Positions 1-8,896 of a stretch of DNA of 54,350 nucleotides are shown in pieces. The DNA lies in the IMG/VR virus record IMGVR_UViG_2909257012_000004, one strand, 5' to 3'. The translations under genes were made by a program, and so were the position numbers. Below the pieces are notes generated by a model. The model did not search any database. It was not told where the DNA came from and saw only the letters and a program-made list of their open reading frames with translations. Origin of the DNA: a virus. Lineage: Duplodnaviria > Heunggongvirae > Uroviricota > Caudoviricetes. Position 1 is the stretch's first letter. Each line of letters starts with the position of its first letter.

Positions 1-1131
1 TCAAATGACCAGTTTTTTCCATTCCTTACCGCGTGCGTCGTTGTAAATATCGGTCATTTTTTGATTCGAATGGCCCAGCAAAATTTTGGTATCAACCCCC
101 TGCTCTCTGAACAATCGCTCTGATAAAGATCTCTGCTCATGGAAAGAGGGTGGGGTGCCATTAGCACGCCAGTTGTAATCCACAGAATCCCGGGCTTTTT
201 TAAATGCAACGGTTAATGTTGCTGGCTTAACCATCCCGCCGCGCTTAGCTGTCCCTTTCGCGTGATGGTGGTGCAATAGCCACGGACTAAGAACGCAATC
301 GCGGCAGGATGACACCACATCATCTAGGGTGAGATTTAATTTATCGCAACGCAGAGCCAGAGGGATGGCAATCCGGGTTCCTGTTTTTTGCTGTTCGACA
401 TGAAGATAACCATCCCGGATATCCGAAAATTGCATTTTGCAAATATCTGAAAGGCGCTGGCCTGTCATCAGTGCCAGCAGCATACCGCGCTGTAAAAAGT
501 AACCATCCTTTTCCGCTGCGTTATAAATCATCATCCACTCATCAAAAGTCAGTCGCTGTCTTGATATCCGCACCTGCGGTTTTTTTGCCGATTCTGCAGG
601 GTTAAAGCCTGGCGGGACATCGCCCGTTTGCTGAGCTTCCCGGAAAACATCGATCAGTACCTTCCTGAAAATTTGTCCCATTCTGTTATGTCCTCTGGCC
701 TTGTACTCTTCCAGTACTGATACCACATCTTTTACGGTTATGGCATCTAACGGTCTGGTGCCAAAACGTTCATCAAATACCCTGAGAGGGGCCGCTTTCT
801 GTTTCAGCGTGTTGAGTTTGATCTCGCCGTTTTCATATCTTTCCTGTTGAATTTTTCTGTAATTATTCAGAAAAATGGTAACGGTTGATGAACCGCCGGT
901 ATCACTAATAATTTTCTCCTGCAGACTGAGCATTTGTTCCATTTGCTGCCGGGCAAGACGGCTGTTCGCTTCTGCTGCAATAGTTTCTGCCAGTTTCTGG
1001 TCAATACTGCCGAGACCGTGATTTTTGCCTGTTATGGGATGCCTGTAACGCCAGTAAACTTTGTTATTTCTTTTGTCAAAATACGGAGATAATCCCGGAA
1101 CATTGGTTTTATATTTTCGCGGGCGCGCCAT
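1..1131 (-). CDS. int: Phage tyrosine integrase; stop codon at window positions 1-3
   Basis: 376-aa ORF with integrase-like sequence, placed at the prophage end next to an excisionase-like ORF. Family call by recall, not search. Confidence 0.85.
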   Translation of the reverse strand: MARPRKYKTNVPGLSPYFDKRNNKVYWRYRHPITGKNHGLGSIDQKLAETIAAEANSRLARQQMEQMLSLQEKIISDTGGSSTVTIFLNNYRKIQQERYENGEIKLNTLKQKAAPLRVFDERFGTRPLDAITVKDVVSVLEEYKARGHNRMGQIFRKVLIDVFREAQQTGDVPPGFNPAESAKKPQVRISRQRLTFDEWMMIYNAAEKDGYFLQRGMLLALMTGQRLSDICKMQFSDIRDGYLHVEQQKTGTRIAIPLALRCDKLNLTLDDVVSSCRDCVLSPWLLHHHHAKGTAKRGGMVKPATLTVAFKKARDSVDYNWRANGTPPSFHEQRSLSERLFREQGVDTKILLGHSNQKMTDIYNDARGKEWKKLVI

Positions 1132-1357
1132 CTTCCAGTATCCTCTTCAAAGCAGGGTGATCTGTGGCGATCACCTCCGGCTTGTTTACCATTCCGACAA
1201 AGCGAGCTTGCGGATCCACTCGCCAGCGTCTTCCAACTTTTTTGGGGAGAGGAAATATCATTCCGGCTTTAGCGTATTTACTTAACGTACTCGGAGTTGG
1301 GACCGGTTCACTGAATTCCTCTTTTGCCCACTCAGTGAGCAGAATAAGTCTTGCCAT
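1109..1357 (-). CDS. xis: Excisionase-like DNA-binding protein
   Basis: 82-aa basic ORF directly upstream of int and overlapping its start by 23 nt, the usual xis-int arrangement. Confidence 0.65.
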   Translation of the reverse strand: MARLILLTEWAKEEFSEPVPTPSTLSKYAKAGMIFPLPKKVGRRWRVDPQARFVGMVNKPEVIATDHPALKRILEDGAPAKI

Positions 1358-1421
1358 GAGCGTCGTTCGCTAATCATGGTCGCCGCCACTATAGCTGGTG
1401 GGCAACGACCGGGGTTGAACA

Positions 1422-3893
1422 TTAAAAATCAGCCTGATTCGGGATCAGTTTTTGCCAGATAACTGAAACGTATTTTGCCTGGTAACGGGCGTCATCAAGT
1501 GCATTATGGCGCTCACCTTCGAATGGAATAGCCGTTCTGGCATCGAAGTCTATGGCTTTCCCCAGCTCAACGATTGTGCGTACATCGCGATCGTTGTAGT
1601 AACGCCATGGGCAGGGGATCCCCTGCCGTTCGTATGAACGGCGCAAAATCGTGTTTTCGAAGTTGGCTCCATTTCCCCAGACCTGAACAAAAAATTCACC
1701 GGAGTTTTCGTCGATAAATTCCCGCAATTGTAACAGTGCATCATCTAACGGGATTTCATCGGTCATAATGGCAGACTGCGCTTCACGTGATTGCTTCAGC
1801 CACCTTTTAATGACGTCACGATCAATGACTCCGCCAGCAGTTTCCAGATCGATAGTCTTACTAAATTCCGGTCCCATATCTCCGGTTTGCGGATCGAAAA
1901 ATATTGCATCTATTGAGATAATCGGGGCATCAGGATTTTTTCCCATGGTTTCAAGGTCAATCATCAGATGGTGCCACAACCTGCTGGTGGATGTGCTTTT
2001 ACGATGACTGTTCACCTTAATTAAGGGATTTGCTGTCTCGCCTATTTCATTATTGTCATTGGCATGTTGATCGCCTTCGGTGCACTCCTTGTTCGGGAGT
2101 CCGGCATTTTCTATTTCCTCTGGATCTTTTTCCCGGGCTTCATCCTGGCTTTCTTCGTTGAATGTCTCCTGGTAGGTTGCGTCACCCATCACTGCGCCAC
2201 AATCAGGGCAGTTACCACCACCAGTCTGATTGCATGCGGTACAAACTTTTTCCTCTTCCTGTTGCACGACTGGTTCAGGTTGTTTCGTTTCTGGCTCGTT
2301 TTGTAACGCATTTTGGCTGTTTTGTTCCGCTTTTTGGTCGTACTGTTCCGTTTCTGACTGGTTCTGGTGCACAGAATCGCGGGTTTCAATCCCCTTCACC
2401 CATTTCGGATCATTCGGGTCGCTAATCCCTTCAACAAATTCACCACGTGATGCAGCGAGCAACTTATTAGCGTCAGGCTGGCTGATACTGGCTGCCTGCA
2501 TAATTTTGTTTACTTCGTCAGCGGTAACTTTTACCAGGTCTGGTTGTGCGGTCGTGTCAGATGCATCAGTATTTTGTTGTGAACCTGTGTATGTGCCGTT
2601 TTTGCGGGCAAAATATTCTTCTTTCGTGATTTCAGTTGCCCCGGCAGCCAGCGCCTTATCCAGACCAGAAAGTTTGTTTGCGCGACCGTATTTTTCGCCA
2701 TCCTTGTCGGTGAAGAGGAAGTAGAACGGCCCCTCACGCTCTACAGATGGTTCGACTTCCACTTTGCATTCGGTTTTTTCGTTGTCCGGAATTGCCGTTT
2801 CCACTGCATCAGTTTCTGGTACTGGCGACGAGAGAGTATCAGTTGCGCTCTGATTTCTTCCTTCATCTTCAAACACGCCCTTTGTAGTCAGGTATTCAGT
2901 AATGTATTTGTTCAGTGCCACAGGGTCTTTGTGAATGTCGATCGGACGTTCACGGACAAGGCCAAAAATAGTCTGGCGGTCGTAGCGAAGGGCATCAGGC
3001 TGTTTGCGCATTGATGCCGAGATACGCTTCCAGTCTTCGCGGTCGTTGTCGATAACTTCATTTTTTGCCCAGCGATGGATGCTGCCGTCAATGTTTCCGG
3101 CATCCACATCACCAGGCCAGAGAGCGTAGGCCAGTTCGTCATCCAGTGTTTTCCATGTCTGCTTGTATTCGCGATGAATGGCAGCAATGACCGGGCTGAT
3201 TTTTCCTGTTGAATTTTCAGTGTACTGTTGATTGGCTCTGGCGCGGGCGAGATCAACAACAGACGTGTATTTTCCGGTTTCCTTGCGTTCACCTTCACGA
3301 CGTTTTTTCCAGATGCGCATCTCTGCCTGAATTTCGGGCCATTTGGCACCAGGCTTACATTTATGCTTAACCCACCCGATGGCATGCAGCTTAAGCTCCG
3401 GATACATGGCGTTAACTTCTGGCATTTTCATCAACGCTTCAACGATATGTCCGTCGAATGTTGCCATGTCTTCCTGCAACAATTCCTGTGCGCTAATAAC
3501 CATATCAACGGTGATGTTTTCACATGTGTCGAACTTAACCATGACAGCGTTCTGTACTTCAGGGGCCAGCTTGTCAAAAGTGACGTTCATCGGATCGGAT
3601 TCAGTCTCAACCGGGACAAAGGAAGCAGACTCCTCATCCCAGCGGTTTTCCTGCATATATTCAGCATCCCAGGAATCGAGGGCAGGGCGGGGTATACCGG
3701 GTTTATCCTCGCAGACAAGAAATTTATAAGCGCAGTCCTGAGCAGCCGGATAATGTTCCAGGAATTGCCAGTGAAATTTTGCGCGGGCGCGACGTTCATC
3801 ACCGGCTTCAATGGCAGTGGCTACAGCGACGGCACCTTCTTCCTTTATTGCCTGTTCGTCCGGAATGGCGGCGCAAATAAAGACTTTACTCAT
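1422..3893 (-). CDS. Large prophage exonuclease (full-length YdfE/RecE-like) with C-terminal DEDDh 3'-5' exonuclease domain
   Basis: 823-aa ORF. C-terminus shows DEDDh motifs (LMIDLETMG, then HNALDDARY). A central stretch (KLLAASRGEFVEGISDPNDPKWVKGI) matches my recollection of RecE. Sits in the exo position of the leftward operon. Confidence 0.7.
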   Translation of the reverse strand: MSKVFICAAIPDEQAIKEEGAVAVATAIEAGDERRARAKFHWQFLEHYPAAQDCAYKFLVCEDKPGIPRPALDSWDAEYMQENRWDEESASFVPVETESDPMNVTFDKLAPEVQNAVMVKFDTCENITVDMVISAQELLQEDMATFDGHIVEALMKMPEVNAMYPELKLHAIGWVKHKCKPGAKWPEIQAEMRIWKKRREGERKETGKYTSVVDLARARANQQYTENSTGKISPVIAAIHREYKQTWKTLDDELAYALWPGDVDAGNIDGSIHRWAKNEVIDNDREDWKRISASMRKQPDALRYDRQTIFGLVRERPIDIHKDPVALNKYITEYLTTKGVFEDEGRNQSATDTLSSPVPETDAVETAIPDNEKTECKVEVEPSVEREGPFYFLFTDKDGEKYGRANKLSGLDKALAAGATEITKEEYFARKNGTYTGSQQNTDASDTTAQPDLVKVTADEVNKIMQAASISQPDANKLLAASRGEFVEGISDPNDPKWVKGIETRDSVHQNQSETEQYDQKAEQNSQNALQNEPETKQPEPVVQQEEEKVCTACNQTGGGNCPDCGAVMGDATYQETFNEESQDEAREKDPEEIENAGLPNKECTEGDQHANDNNEIGETANPLIKVNSHRKSTSTSRLWHHLMIDLETMGKNPDAPIISIDAIFFDPQTGDMGPEFSKTIDLETAGGVIDRDVIKRWLKQSREAQSAIMTDEIPLDDALLQLREFIDENSGEFFVQVWGNGANFENTILRRSYERQGIPCPWRYYNDRDVRTIVELGKAIDFDARTAIPFEGERHNALDDARYQAKYVSVIWQKLIPNQADF

Positions 3894-3985
3894 TTTGTTT
3901 TACCTCATTACAGATTTAAGGGTGAACAAATCCCTGCCATTGCTGGCATATAAGAATGAAACCGGATATTTATTACGGAACTGTT

Positions 3986-4177
3986 TTAAAGACCTGCCGG
4001 GATTTCGTTATTATCCTGGTGAATAACTTTATCGACCGGGTAACAGTTACCGGGAATTTTCTGTTCGGTTGCTGCAGTCACACACTCCTGCATTGTCCTG
4101 TGAACACTGACTGCAATATCAACTGGCTCTCCGGAAACAAGAAAAACTGTCAGAACAAGTGCAAATGCTGTATTCAT
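3986..4177 (-). CDS. ydfD: YdfD-like small lysis protein (63 aa)
   Basis: Internal start MNTAFALVLTVFLVSGEPV... matches recalled Qin YdfD. ATGA overlap with the dicB stop. Confidence 0.75.
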   Translation of the reverse strand: MNTAFALVLTVFLVSGEPVDIAVSVHRTMQECVTAATEQKIPGNCYPVDKVIHQDNNEIPAGL

Positions 4178-4362
4178 TGCCAGCATCCTTTTTGTATCGG
4201 ACGTAAACGGGCCAGCATTGAAAGAATGCATATTTTATTTAATAGCTCCCGTTCGTGTTTTCTCTTGTTAATGGCATCTTCAGTAAATACAGGGTTACTG
4301 ATATTGACACCAATTTCAAAACAACCTTCAGACGTATTAACGTTTGGTAATAACGTTTCCAT
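4174..4362 (-). CDS. dicB: Cell-division inhibitor DicB (62 aa)
   Basis: METLLPNVNTSEGCFEIGVNISNPVFTEDAINKRKHERELLNKICILSMLARLRPIQKGCWQ is near-identical to recalled K-12 DicB, and lies directly downstream of dicF as in Qin. Confidence 0.85.
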   Translation of the reverse strand: METLLPNVNTSEGCFEIGVNISNPVFTEDAINKRKHERELLNKICILSMLARLRPIQKGCWQ

Positions 4363-4536
4363 TATCGCGTCCTCAACAATGAATTTTGTGATGCGGTGCC
4401 TGGTGCCTCCAGGTGACGTTAACCAGTTAACAATTAACGCCGGATACAGAGAATCCACCCATAACACTGTTTTTGGTTTTAACTGTTCCGCGTGCGCTCA
4501 GCCGCATTCACCACATCACAAAATTCACTTTAAAAA

Positions 4537-4589
4537 GGGCGGCAGAGCAGTCACGGAGTAAAACTGATACCGCCAAACGTCACCAGAAA
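4537..4589 (-). ncRNA. dicF: DicF small RNA (53 nt)
   Basis: Minus-strand sequence TTTCTGGTGACGTTTGGCGGTATCAGTTTTACTCCGTGACTGCTCTGCCGCCC matches the recalled DicF sequence exactly, including its 3' hairpin followed by a T-run. Confidence 0.9.
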
Positions 4590-4927
4590 ATTGATAACAG
4601 AGGGCGTTGCAGCGGAGTTGTCACTTAAGCGTATGGTCAACCTGACAACCCGGTGTCCTCAACGGAGGAAGGAATAACCCCGCCATACTTACCGCCGCGC
4701 CATTTCGCGGAGTGCCACAACCGGAAGCGCACGGTCGAACTAAATTTAACGACACCGTACAGAGAGACCAATTTCGCCGTGCGCTTTCGCTTTATGCCCT
4801 GACTTTTCAGGGACATATCCTTTCAGTAAACTGTCAGTGCCGGATGTTCACCCGTGTCCGGCGCACGCACTCCACCTGACCCGTGGAGAACTCCTTAATT
4901 ACCAACCTTAGCTTCGTTGGTTAGCTA

Positions 4928-5146
4928 TTAACGCGGGTATGTAACCATTCTGGCAATGCTTAATGCCGCTGCTTTTTCCAGCCTGGTGATATCCTGCTCC
5001 AGAGCGGACAGATTTTCAGCCTGCTTAGTCCTGGCTTCATTGGCCCATTTCAGATCCTGCGCTGCATTAATTTTCTGGCGCATCCACTCATAAAGTTCAT
5101 CATCGGTATAGTCTGGCGCGATGATGACGGGTTCTCGTTTCTGCAT
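4928..5146 (-). CDS. ydfC: YdfC-like protein (72 aa)
   Basis: 72-aa ORF in the ydfC position of the operon (between ydfB and dicF). Confidence 0.65.
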   Translation of the reverse strand: MQKREPVIIAPDYTDDELYEWMRQKINAAQDLKWANEARTKQAENLSALEQDITRLEKAAALSIARMVTYPR

Positions 5147-5175
5147 ACTGATTCCTCGCGGTGCTGCTTCGCTTA

Positions 5176-5304
5176 TCAGCCGTTAGATTTTGCCGAGCTG
5201 GAAAGCGCCTGTTTAAACTCACTGAAGCTGAGAGCTTCTTCGCCTTCGGCAAGGCCTTCGAAGTATTCTTCGTAAGCCTTTTCCATGATTGTGTCGAAAT
5301 CCAT
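5176..5304 (-). CDS. ydfB: YdfB-like small protein (42 aa); below the 60-aa cutoff of the ORF track
   Basis: Hand translation of the minus strand gives MDFDTIMEKAYEEYFEGLAEGEEALSFSEFKQALSSSAKSNG between ydfA and ydfC. Confidence 0.7.
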   Translation of the reverse strand: MDFDTIMEKAYEEYFEGLAEGEEALSFSEFKQALSSSAKSNG

Positions 5305-5305
5305 A

Positions 5306-5461
5306 TCACTCACCTGAGTTTCTTTCCAGCCAGCGACGGGCACCATTTTCGGTTTTAAACGTTTTGCTTTTGGTATACGTCATTGCGGTGAACGTGCCGT
5401 CCTGGTTGGGGAACACGCCACATACCAGAGATTCGCTGTTGCCAAGATCGATAGTATCCAT
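5306..5461 (-). CDS. ydfA: YdfA-like small protein (51 aa)
   Basis: Internal start MDTIDLGNSESLVCGVFPNQDGTFTAMTYTKSKTFKTENGARRWLERNSGE matches recalled Qin YdfA. Confidence 0.75.
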   Translation of the reverse strand: MDTIDLGNSESLVCGVFPNQDGTFTAMTYTKSKTFKTENGARRWLERNSGE

Positions 5462-5645
5462 GCTGACCTCATTTCCCCTTAACGCCGGGGGAGCGGAACA
5501 AAAACCTGCTGCATAGTTATTAAAGTTGAACCCTGCCGTCATGTTCTTACGCCTCGGGCTGGCTACTTACCCCCTGACCACTGCTTGGTAACTCGAAGTA
5601 TTGCCCGGCGTTCTGTGGGGCGGGGTGGGTTGGTATGTTGTTAAG

Positions 5646-5659
5646 GTAACAAGAGTTAC
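5646..5659. promoter_or_regulatory. OL-like operator palindrome GTAAC-AAGA-GTTAC in the leftward promoter region
   Basis: Same GTAAC-N4-GTTAC inverted repeat as the two copies between the repressor and cro-like genes. Confidence 0.5.
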
Positions 5660-5704
5660 CTTTCGAGTCAATACAATGTTGCAAAAGGTACATTTGAGGG
5701 CATA

Positions 5705-5731
5705 AAAAACCCGCAATGAATGCGGGTTCTG
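5705..5731 (-). terminator. Rho-independent terminator after the repressor gene
   Basis: Minus-strand hairpin AACCCGCATTCATTGCGGGTT followed by TTTTTTAT. Confidence 0.6.
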
Positions 5732-5733
5732 AC

Positions 5734-6408
5734 TCAGTCTAAGTATTGATGTATTTGTGAAACTTTACCTTTAATGGTGTAACCACCATTCAGTTCGATG
5801 GGTTTGTAAAGCGGATTCAGTGACAACAGATAGATGTTTGGTCCGTCAATCGCAACTTTTTTTAGTGTTACGTTTGGCGTTCCTTCCAATTGGATTAAGA
5901 TTATTTTTCCCACCAGTTCTCTAATGTTACTTGAGCATGGTGTGATCAGCACGGTAGATCCGTCGGGGATGGTTGGGAGGCCGTTAGAGTTTGTCATCGC
6001 ATCTCCCTCAACATGCAATAAAAAAGAGTTTTCAGCGGTTTTTGTCATGACATCAACCCAGTTCTTAATACCAGGAATCTTGGTTACTGGACAACTCATA
6101 TCCCAATAACCAGCCTGTTCCCACGTTAAAACGGGCAACCGGGCGATGTTGTCACTAATGTAAGGGTACTGATTCAGACGCAGATCATCGGTTTTATCGT
6201 GACCGTCCTTTCCATAAAGAATCCATTCAGGAGATTTGGAAAGCAATTTTGACAGTAGATACAAATTCTCACCGTCAGGTTTTGAAGAGCCATTTTCCCA
6301 TTTTGTTACGGATACACGAGATATGCCGATTGCTTTCGCAACCTGCTGTTGGGTTAATCCAACGTCTTTTCGACGATTCCGAATACGTTCGCTGATAGTG
6401 TTTTTCAT
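5734..6408 (-). CDS. CI-like prophage repressor (HTH XRE domain plus LexA/S24 peptidase domain)
   Basis: N-terminal HTH (GLTQQQVAKAIGISRVSVTKWENG) and a C-terminal S24-like domain. Start chosen at MKNTISERI (6408) because the ORF-track start at 6507 would overlap the divergent cro-like start and two operators lie between. Alternative starts at 6450 or 6507. Confidence 0.8.
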   Translation of the reverse strand: MKNTISERIRNRRKDVGLTQQQVAKAIGISRVSVTKWENGSSKPDGENLYLLSKLLSKSPEWILYGKDGHDKTDDLRLNQYPYISDNIARLPVLTWEQAGYWDMSCPVTKIPGIKNWVDVMTKTAENSFLLHVEGDAMTNSNGLPTIPDGSTVLITPCSSNIRELVGKIILIQLEGTPNVTLKKVAIDGPNIYLLSLNPLYKPIELNGGYTIKGKVSQIHQYLD

Positions 6409-6470
6409 GTAACCAATGTTACTACCAAGTGATGTTGCTATGGTTGACATTGTTATGTAACTATTGTTAC
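6409..6470. promoter_or_regulatory. OR-like region with two operator palindromes (GTAACCAATGTTAC at 6409-6422, GTAACTATTGTTAC at 6457-6470)
   Basis: Two 14-bp inverted repeats 48 bp apart in the divergent intergenic region between the repressor and cro-like genes. Confidence 0.6.
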
Positions 6471-6499
6471 CCTTCTGCTCGAAATAACAGGAGAGTTTT

Positions 6500-6715
6500 A
6501 TGTTCAAAGATGATGTTCTGCGCTATTTCAAAAAAAAGCGACTAGTAGCTGAGGCTCTTGGAATTTCACATGTGGCTGTTGTGCGGTGGAAAGCAGTTAT
6601 TCCCAAACTTCGCGCAATGGAACTGGATGAAATTACTAACGGTGAATTGAAATACAACCCAGAACTTTACAAGAAGCAGGATAGCACCTCGAACGAAGGA
6701 AAGAATGATTCATGA
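6500..6715 (+). CDS. Cro-like small DNA-binding regulator (Cro/CI or YdaS-like)
   Basis: 71-aa ORF divergent from the repressor, AGGAGA Shine-Dalgarno, HTH-like segment LGISHVAVVRWK. Confidence 0.65.
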   Translation: MFKDDVLRYFKKKRLVAEALGISHVAVVRWKAVIPKLRAMELDEITNGELKYNPELYKKQDSTSNEGKNDS

Positions 6716-7137
6716 AAATCAAGCATGAACACATCCGCATGGCGATGAATGCCTGGGCGCATCCGGACGGCGAAAAAGTGCCGGCTGCGAAAATTACCAA
6801 AGCGTATTTCGAGCTGGGAATGACGTTCCCGGAACTGTATGACGACAGCCATCCGGAAGCCCTGGCCCGTAATACCCAGAAAATTTTCCGTTGGCTGGAT
6901 AAAGACACCCCTGATGCTGTTGAAAAAATGCAGGCTCTGTTACCGGCGATCGAAAAGGCGATGCCGCCTTTGCTGGTGGCCCGTATGCGCAGCCACAGTT
7001 CTGAATATTACCGTGAGATCGTCGAACGGCGGGATCGGCTGGTGAAGGATGTCGATGATTTTGTTGCGTCAGCGGTTGTTTTGTATGACCAGATGAATCG
7101 CGGCGGCCCGGCAGGGAATGCTGTGGTGATGCACTAA
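6712..7137 (+). CDS. YdaT-like / CII-position regulatory protein
   Basis: 141-aa ORF translationally coupled to the cro-like gene (ATGA overlap). N-terminus MKIKHEHI resembles recalled YdaT. Confidence 0.5.
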   Translation: MKIKHEHIRMAMNAWAHPDGEKVPAAKITKAYFELGMTFPELYDDSHPEALARNTQKIFRWLDKDTPDAVEKMQALLPAIEKAMPPLLVARMRSHSSEYYREIVERRDRLVKDVDDFVASAVVLYDQMNRGGPAGNAVVMH

Positions 7138-7144
7138 AAGCACG

Positions 7145-8122
7145 GTGTTCGGGGGTTTTATGAGCAGCAAGCTTCATGGTCTTGTCTGGGAAGGGTGCGC
7201 CTTCACCGGCATGATCTTATCCAGGGTGGCGGTTATGGCCCGTCTTGCAGACTACAGCAATGACGAGGGCGTGTCATGGCCTGCCATTGAAACTATCCGG
7301 CGTCAGATCGGTGCAAGAAGTGAATCCACAGTGAAATCGGCTATTGCAGAACTGGCGAAAGAGGGCTGGCTGACGAAGGAAGAGCGTAAGGTCGGTGGGC
7401 GTAATGTAAGCAATATCTATCGGCTTAATGTGGAAAAACTCGAAGCAGCTGCGGCGGCGGCGCGTGAGTCATATAAACCGAAAAGAAAAATTAGCCCGGC
7501 AAAAAATGACCCGTTAACAGTTGACCCGTCAAATATTGACCCCTCAACGGTTGACCCGTCAAATTTTGATGGATCAACTGTTGATAAAAAACTGCCGATT
7601 AGGGGGCCGATGATTGACCCCGATCCGTCAGTATTAAAACCTGATCCGTCAGATAAAAGATCTTCTTGTCCGGACGCTTCGCAACCGGACCCGCAGACGG
7701 CTGAACAGGATTTTTTAACCCGACACCCTGACGCGGTTGTGTTCAGTGCGAAAAAACGCCAGTGGGGAAGTCAGGAAGATTTGGTGTGCGCACAGTGGAT
7801 CTGGGGACGAATCGTGAGTCTTTACGAGCAGGCGGCCAGCTATGATGGCGAGATCACTAGACCGAAAGAACCCAACTGGACAGCATGGACCAATGACGTT
7901 CGCACAATGCGGATGCTGGATGGCAGAACTCACAGACAAATTTGTGAAATGTTTGGGCGTCTCCAGCGGGATTCGTTCTGGGTAAAAAACATCATGAGTC
8001 CGGCAAAACTCCGGGAAAAATGGGATGAACTGGTTATCCGCCTGGGGCGTTCGCCTGCGCAGCGTTGCGTGAATCACATTTCTGAACCGGACACTGAAAT
8101 ACCGCCGGGATTCAGGGGGTGA
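7145..8122 (+). CDS. Replication initiator (lambda O-like); likely true start at 7160
   Basis: N-terminal HTH region, position upstream of the DnaC-like gene, and an internal iteron array. Confidence 0.7.
   Translation: MFGGFMSSKLHGLVWEGCAFTGMILSRVAVMARLADYSNDEGVSWPAIETIRRQIGARSESTVKSAIAELAKEGWLTKEERKVGGRNVSNIYRLNVEKLEAAAAAARESYKPKRKISPAKNDPLTVDPSNIDPSTVDPSNFDGSTVDKKLPIRGPMIDPDPSVLKPDPSDKRSSCPDASQPDPQTAEQDFLTRHPDAVVFSAKKRQWGSQEDLVCAQWIWGRIVSLYEQAASYDGEITRPKEPNWTAWTNDVRTMRMLDGRTHRQICEMFGRLQRDSFWVKNIMSPAKLREKWDELVIRLGRSPAQRCVNHISEPDTEIPPGFRG
7506..7590. repeat. Origin-like iteron array inside the initiator gene (about 5 repeats of TTGACCCGTCAAA-like units, ~15-bp period)
   Basis: Directly visible tandem repeats ttgacccgtcaaat / ttgacccctcaacg / ttgacccgtcaaat / tttgatggatcaact, encoding the DPSxxDPS protein repeats. 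Confidence 0.7.
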
Positions 8123-8128
8123 CGTGTC

Positions 8129-8875
8129 ATGAAAAACATTGCGGCAGTTGGGGTTCTTGAACGTATTCGCAGACTTGCACCACAGGGGTCGGTTCCACCG
8201 TACCGGACGGTGGAGGAGTGGCGGGAATGGCAACTTGCTGAAGGACGAAAACGCAGCGAGGAGATTAACCGCCAGAATCGCCAGTTGCGGGTGGAAAAAA
8301 TCCTGAATCGTTCGGGCATCCAGCCTCTGCACAGCAAATGCTCGTTTGCAAATTATCAGGTGCAGAACGACGGGCAAAAATACGCGCTGAGCCAGGCCAA
8401 ATCCATAGCTGACGAACTGATGACCGGGTGCACGAATTTTGTGTTCAGCGGTAAAACCGGCACCGGGAAAAATCACCTTGCAGCGGCGATGGGCAACCGG
8501 CTGATGGTGAAGGGGCGCAGCGTGATTATCGTCACCGTGTCTGACGTCATGAGCGTGTTGCATGACAGCTACGACAACGGCAAATCCGGGGAAAAATTTT
8601 TACAGGAGCTTTGCGGGGTTGATTTGCTGGTCCTGGATGAAATAGGCGTTCAGCGGGAGACGAAAAACGAGCAGGTGGTATTGCACCAGATAATTGATCG
8701 CCGGACAGCATCACTGTGCAGTGTCGGGATGTTAACAAACCTGAATCATGCCGCAATGAGTACGCTTCTTGGTGAGAGGATTATGGACCGCATGACCATG
8801 AACGGTGGTCGATGGGTGACGTTTAACTGGGATAGCTGGCGTCCAAATGTCAGCAATATGAGGGTTGTGAAGTAA
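8129..8875 (+). CDS. DnaC-like helicase loader (AAA+ ATPase)
   Basis: Walker A motif GKTGTGKNHLA and Walker B LLVLDEIG; follows the initiator gene. Confidence 0.85.
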   Translation: MKNIAAVGVLERIRRLAPQGSVPPYRTVEEWREWQLAEGRKRSEEINRQNRQLRVEKILNRSGIQPLHSKCSFANYQVQNDGQKYALSQAKSIADELMTGCTNFVFSGKTGTGKNHLAAAMGNRLMVKGRSVIIVTVSDVMSVLHDSYDNGKSGEKFLQELCGVDLLVLDEIGVQRETKNEQVVLHQIIDRRTASLCSVGMLTNLNHAAMSTLLGERIMDRMTMNGGRWVTFNWDSWRPNVSNMRVVK

Positions 8876-8896
8876 TTTTGTCCGGAGGAAATTTTA

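Noticed and set aside
3228-3953. 241-aa plus-strand ORF overlapping the exonuclease gene
   Set aside because: Antisense to the 823-aa exonuclease frame, which carries recognisable DEDDh motifs.
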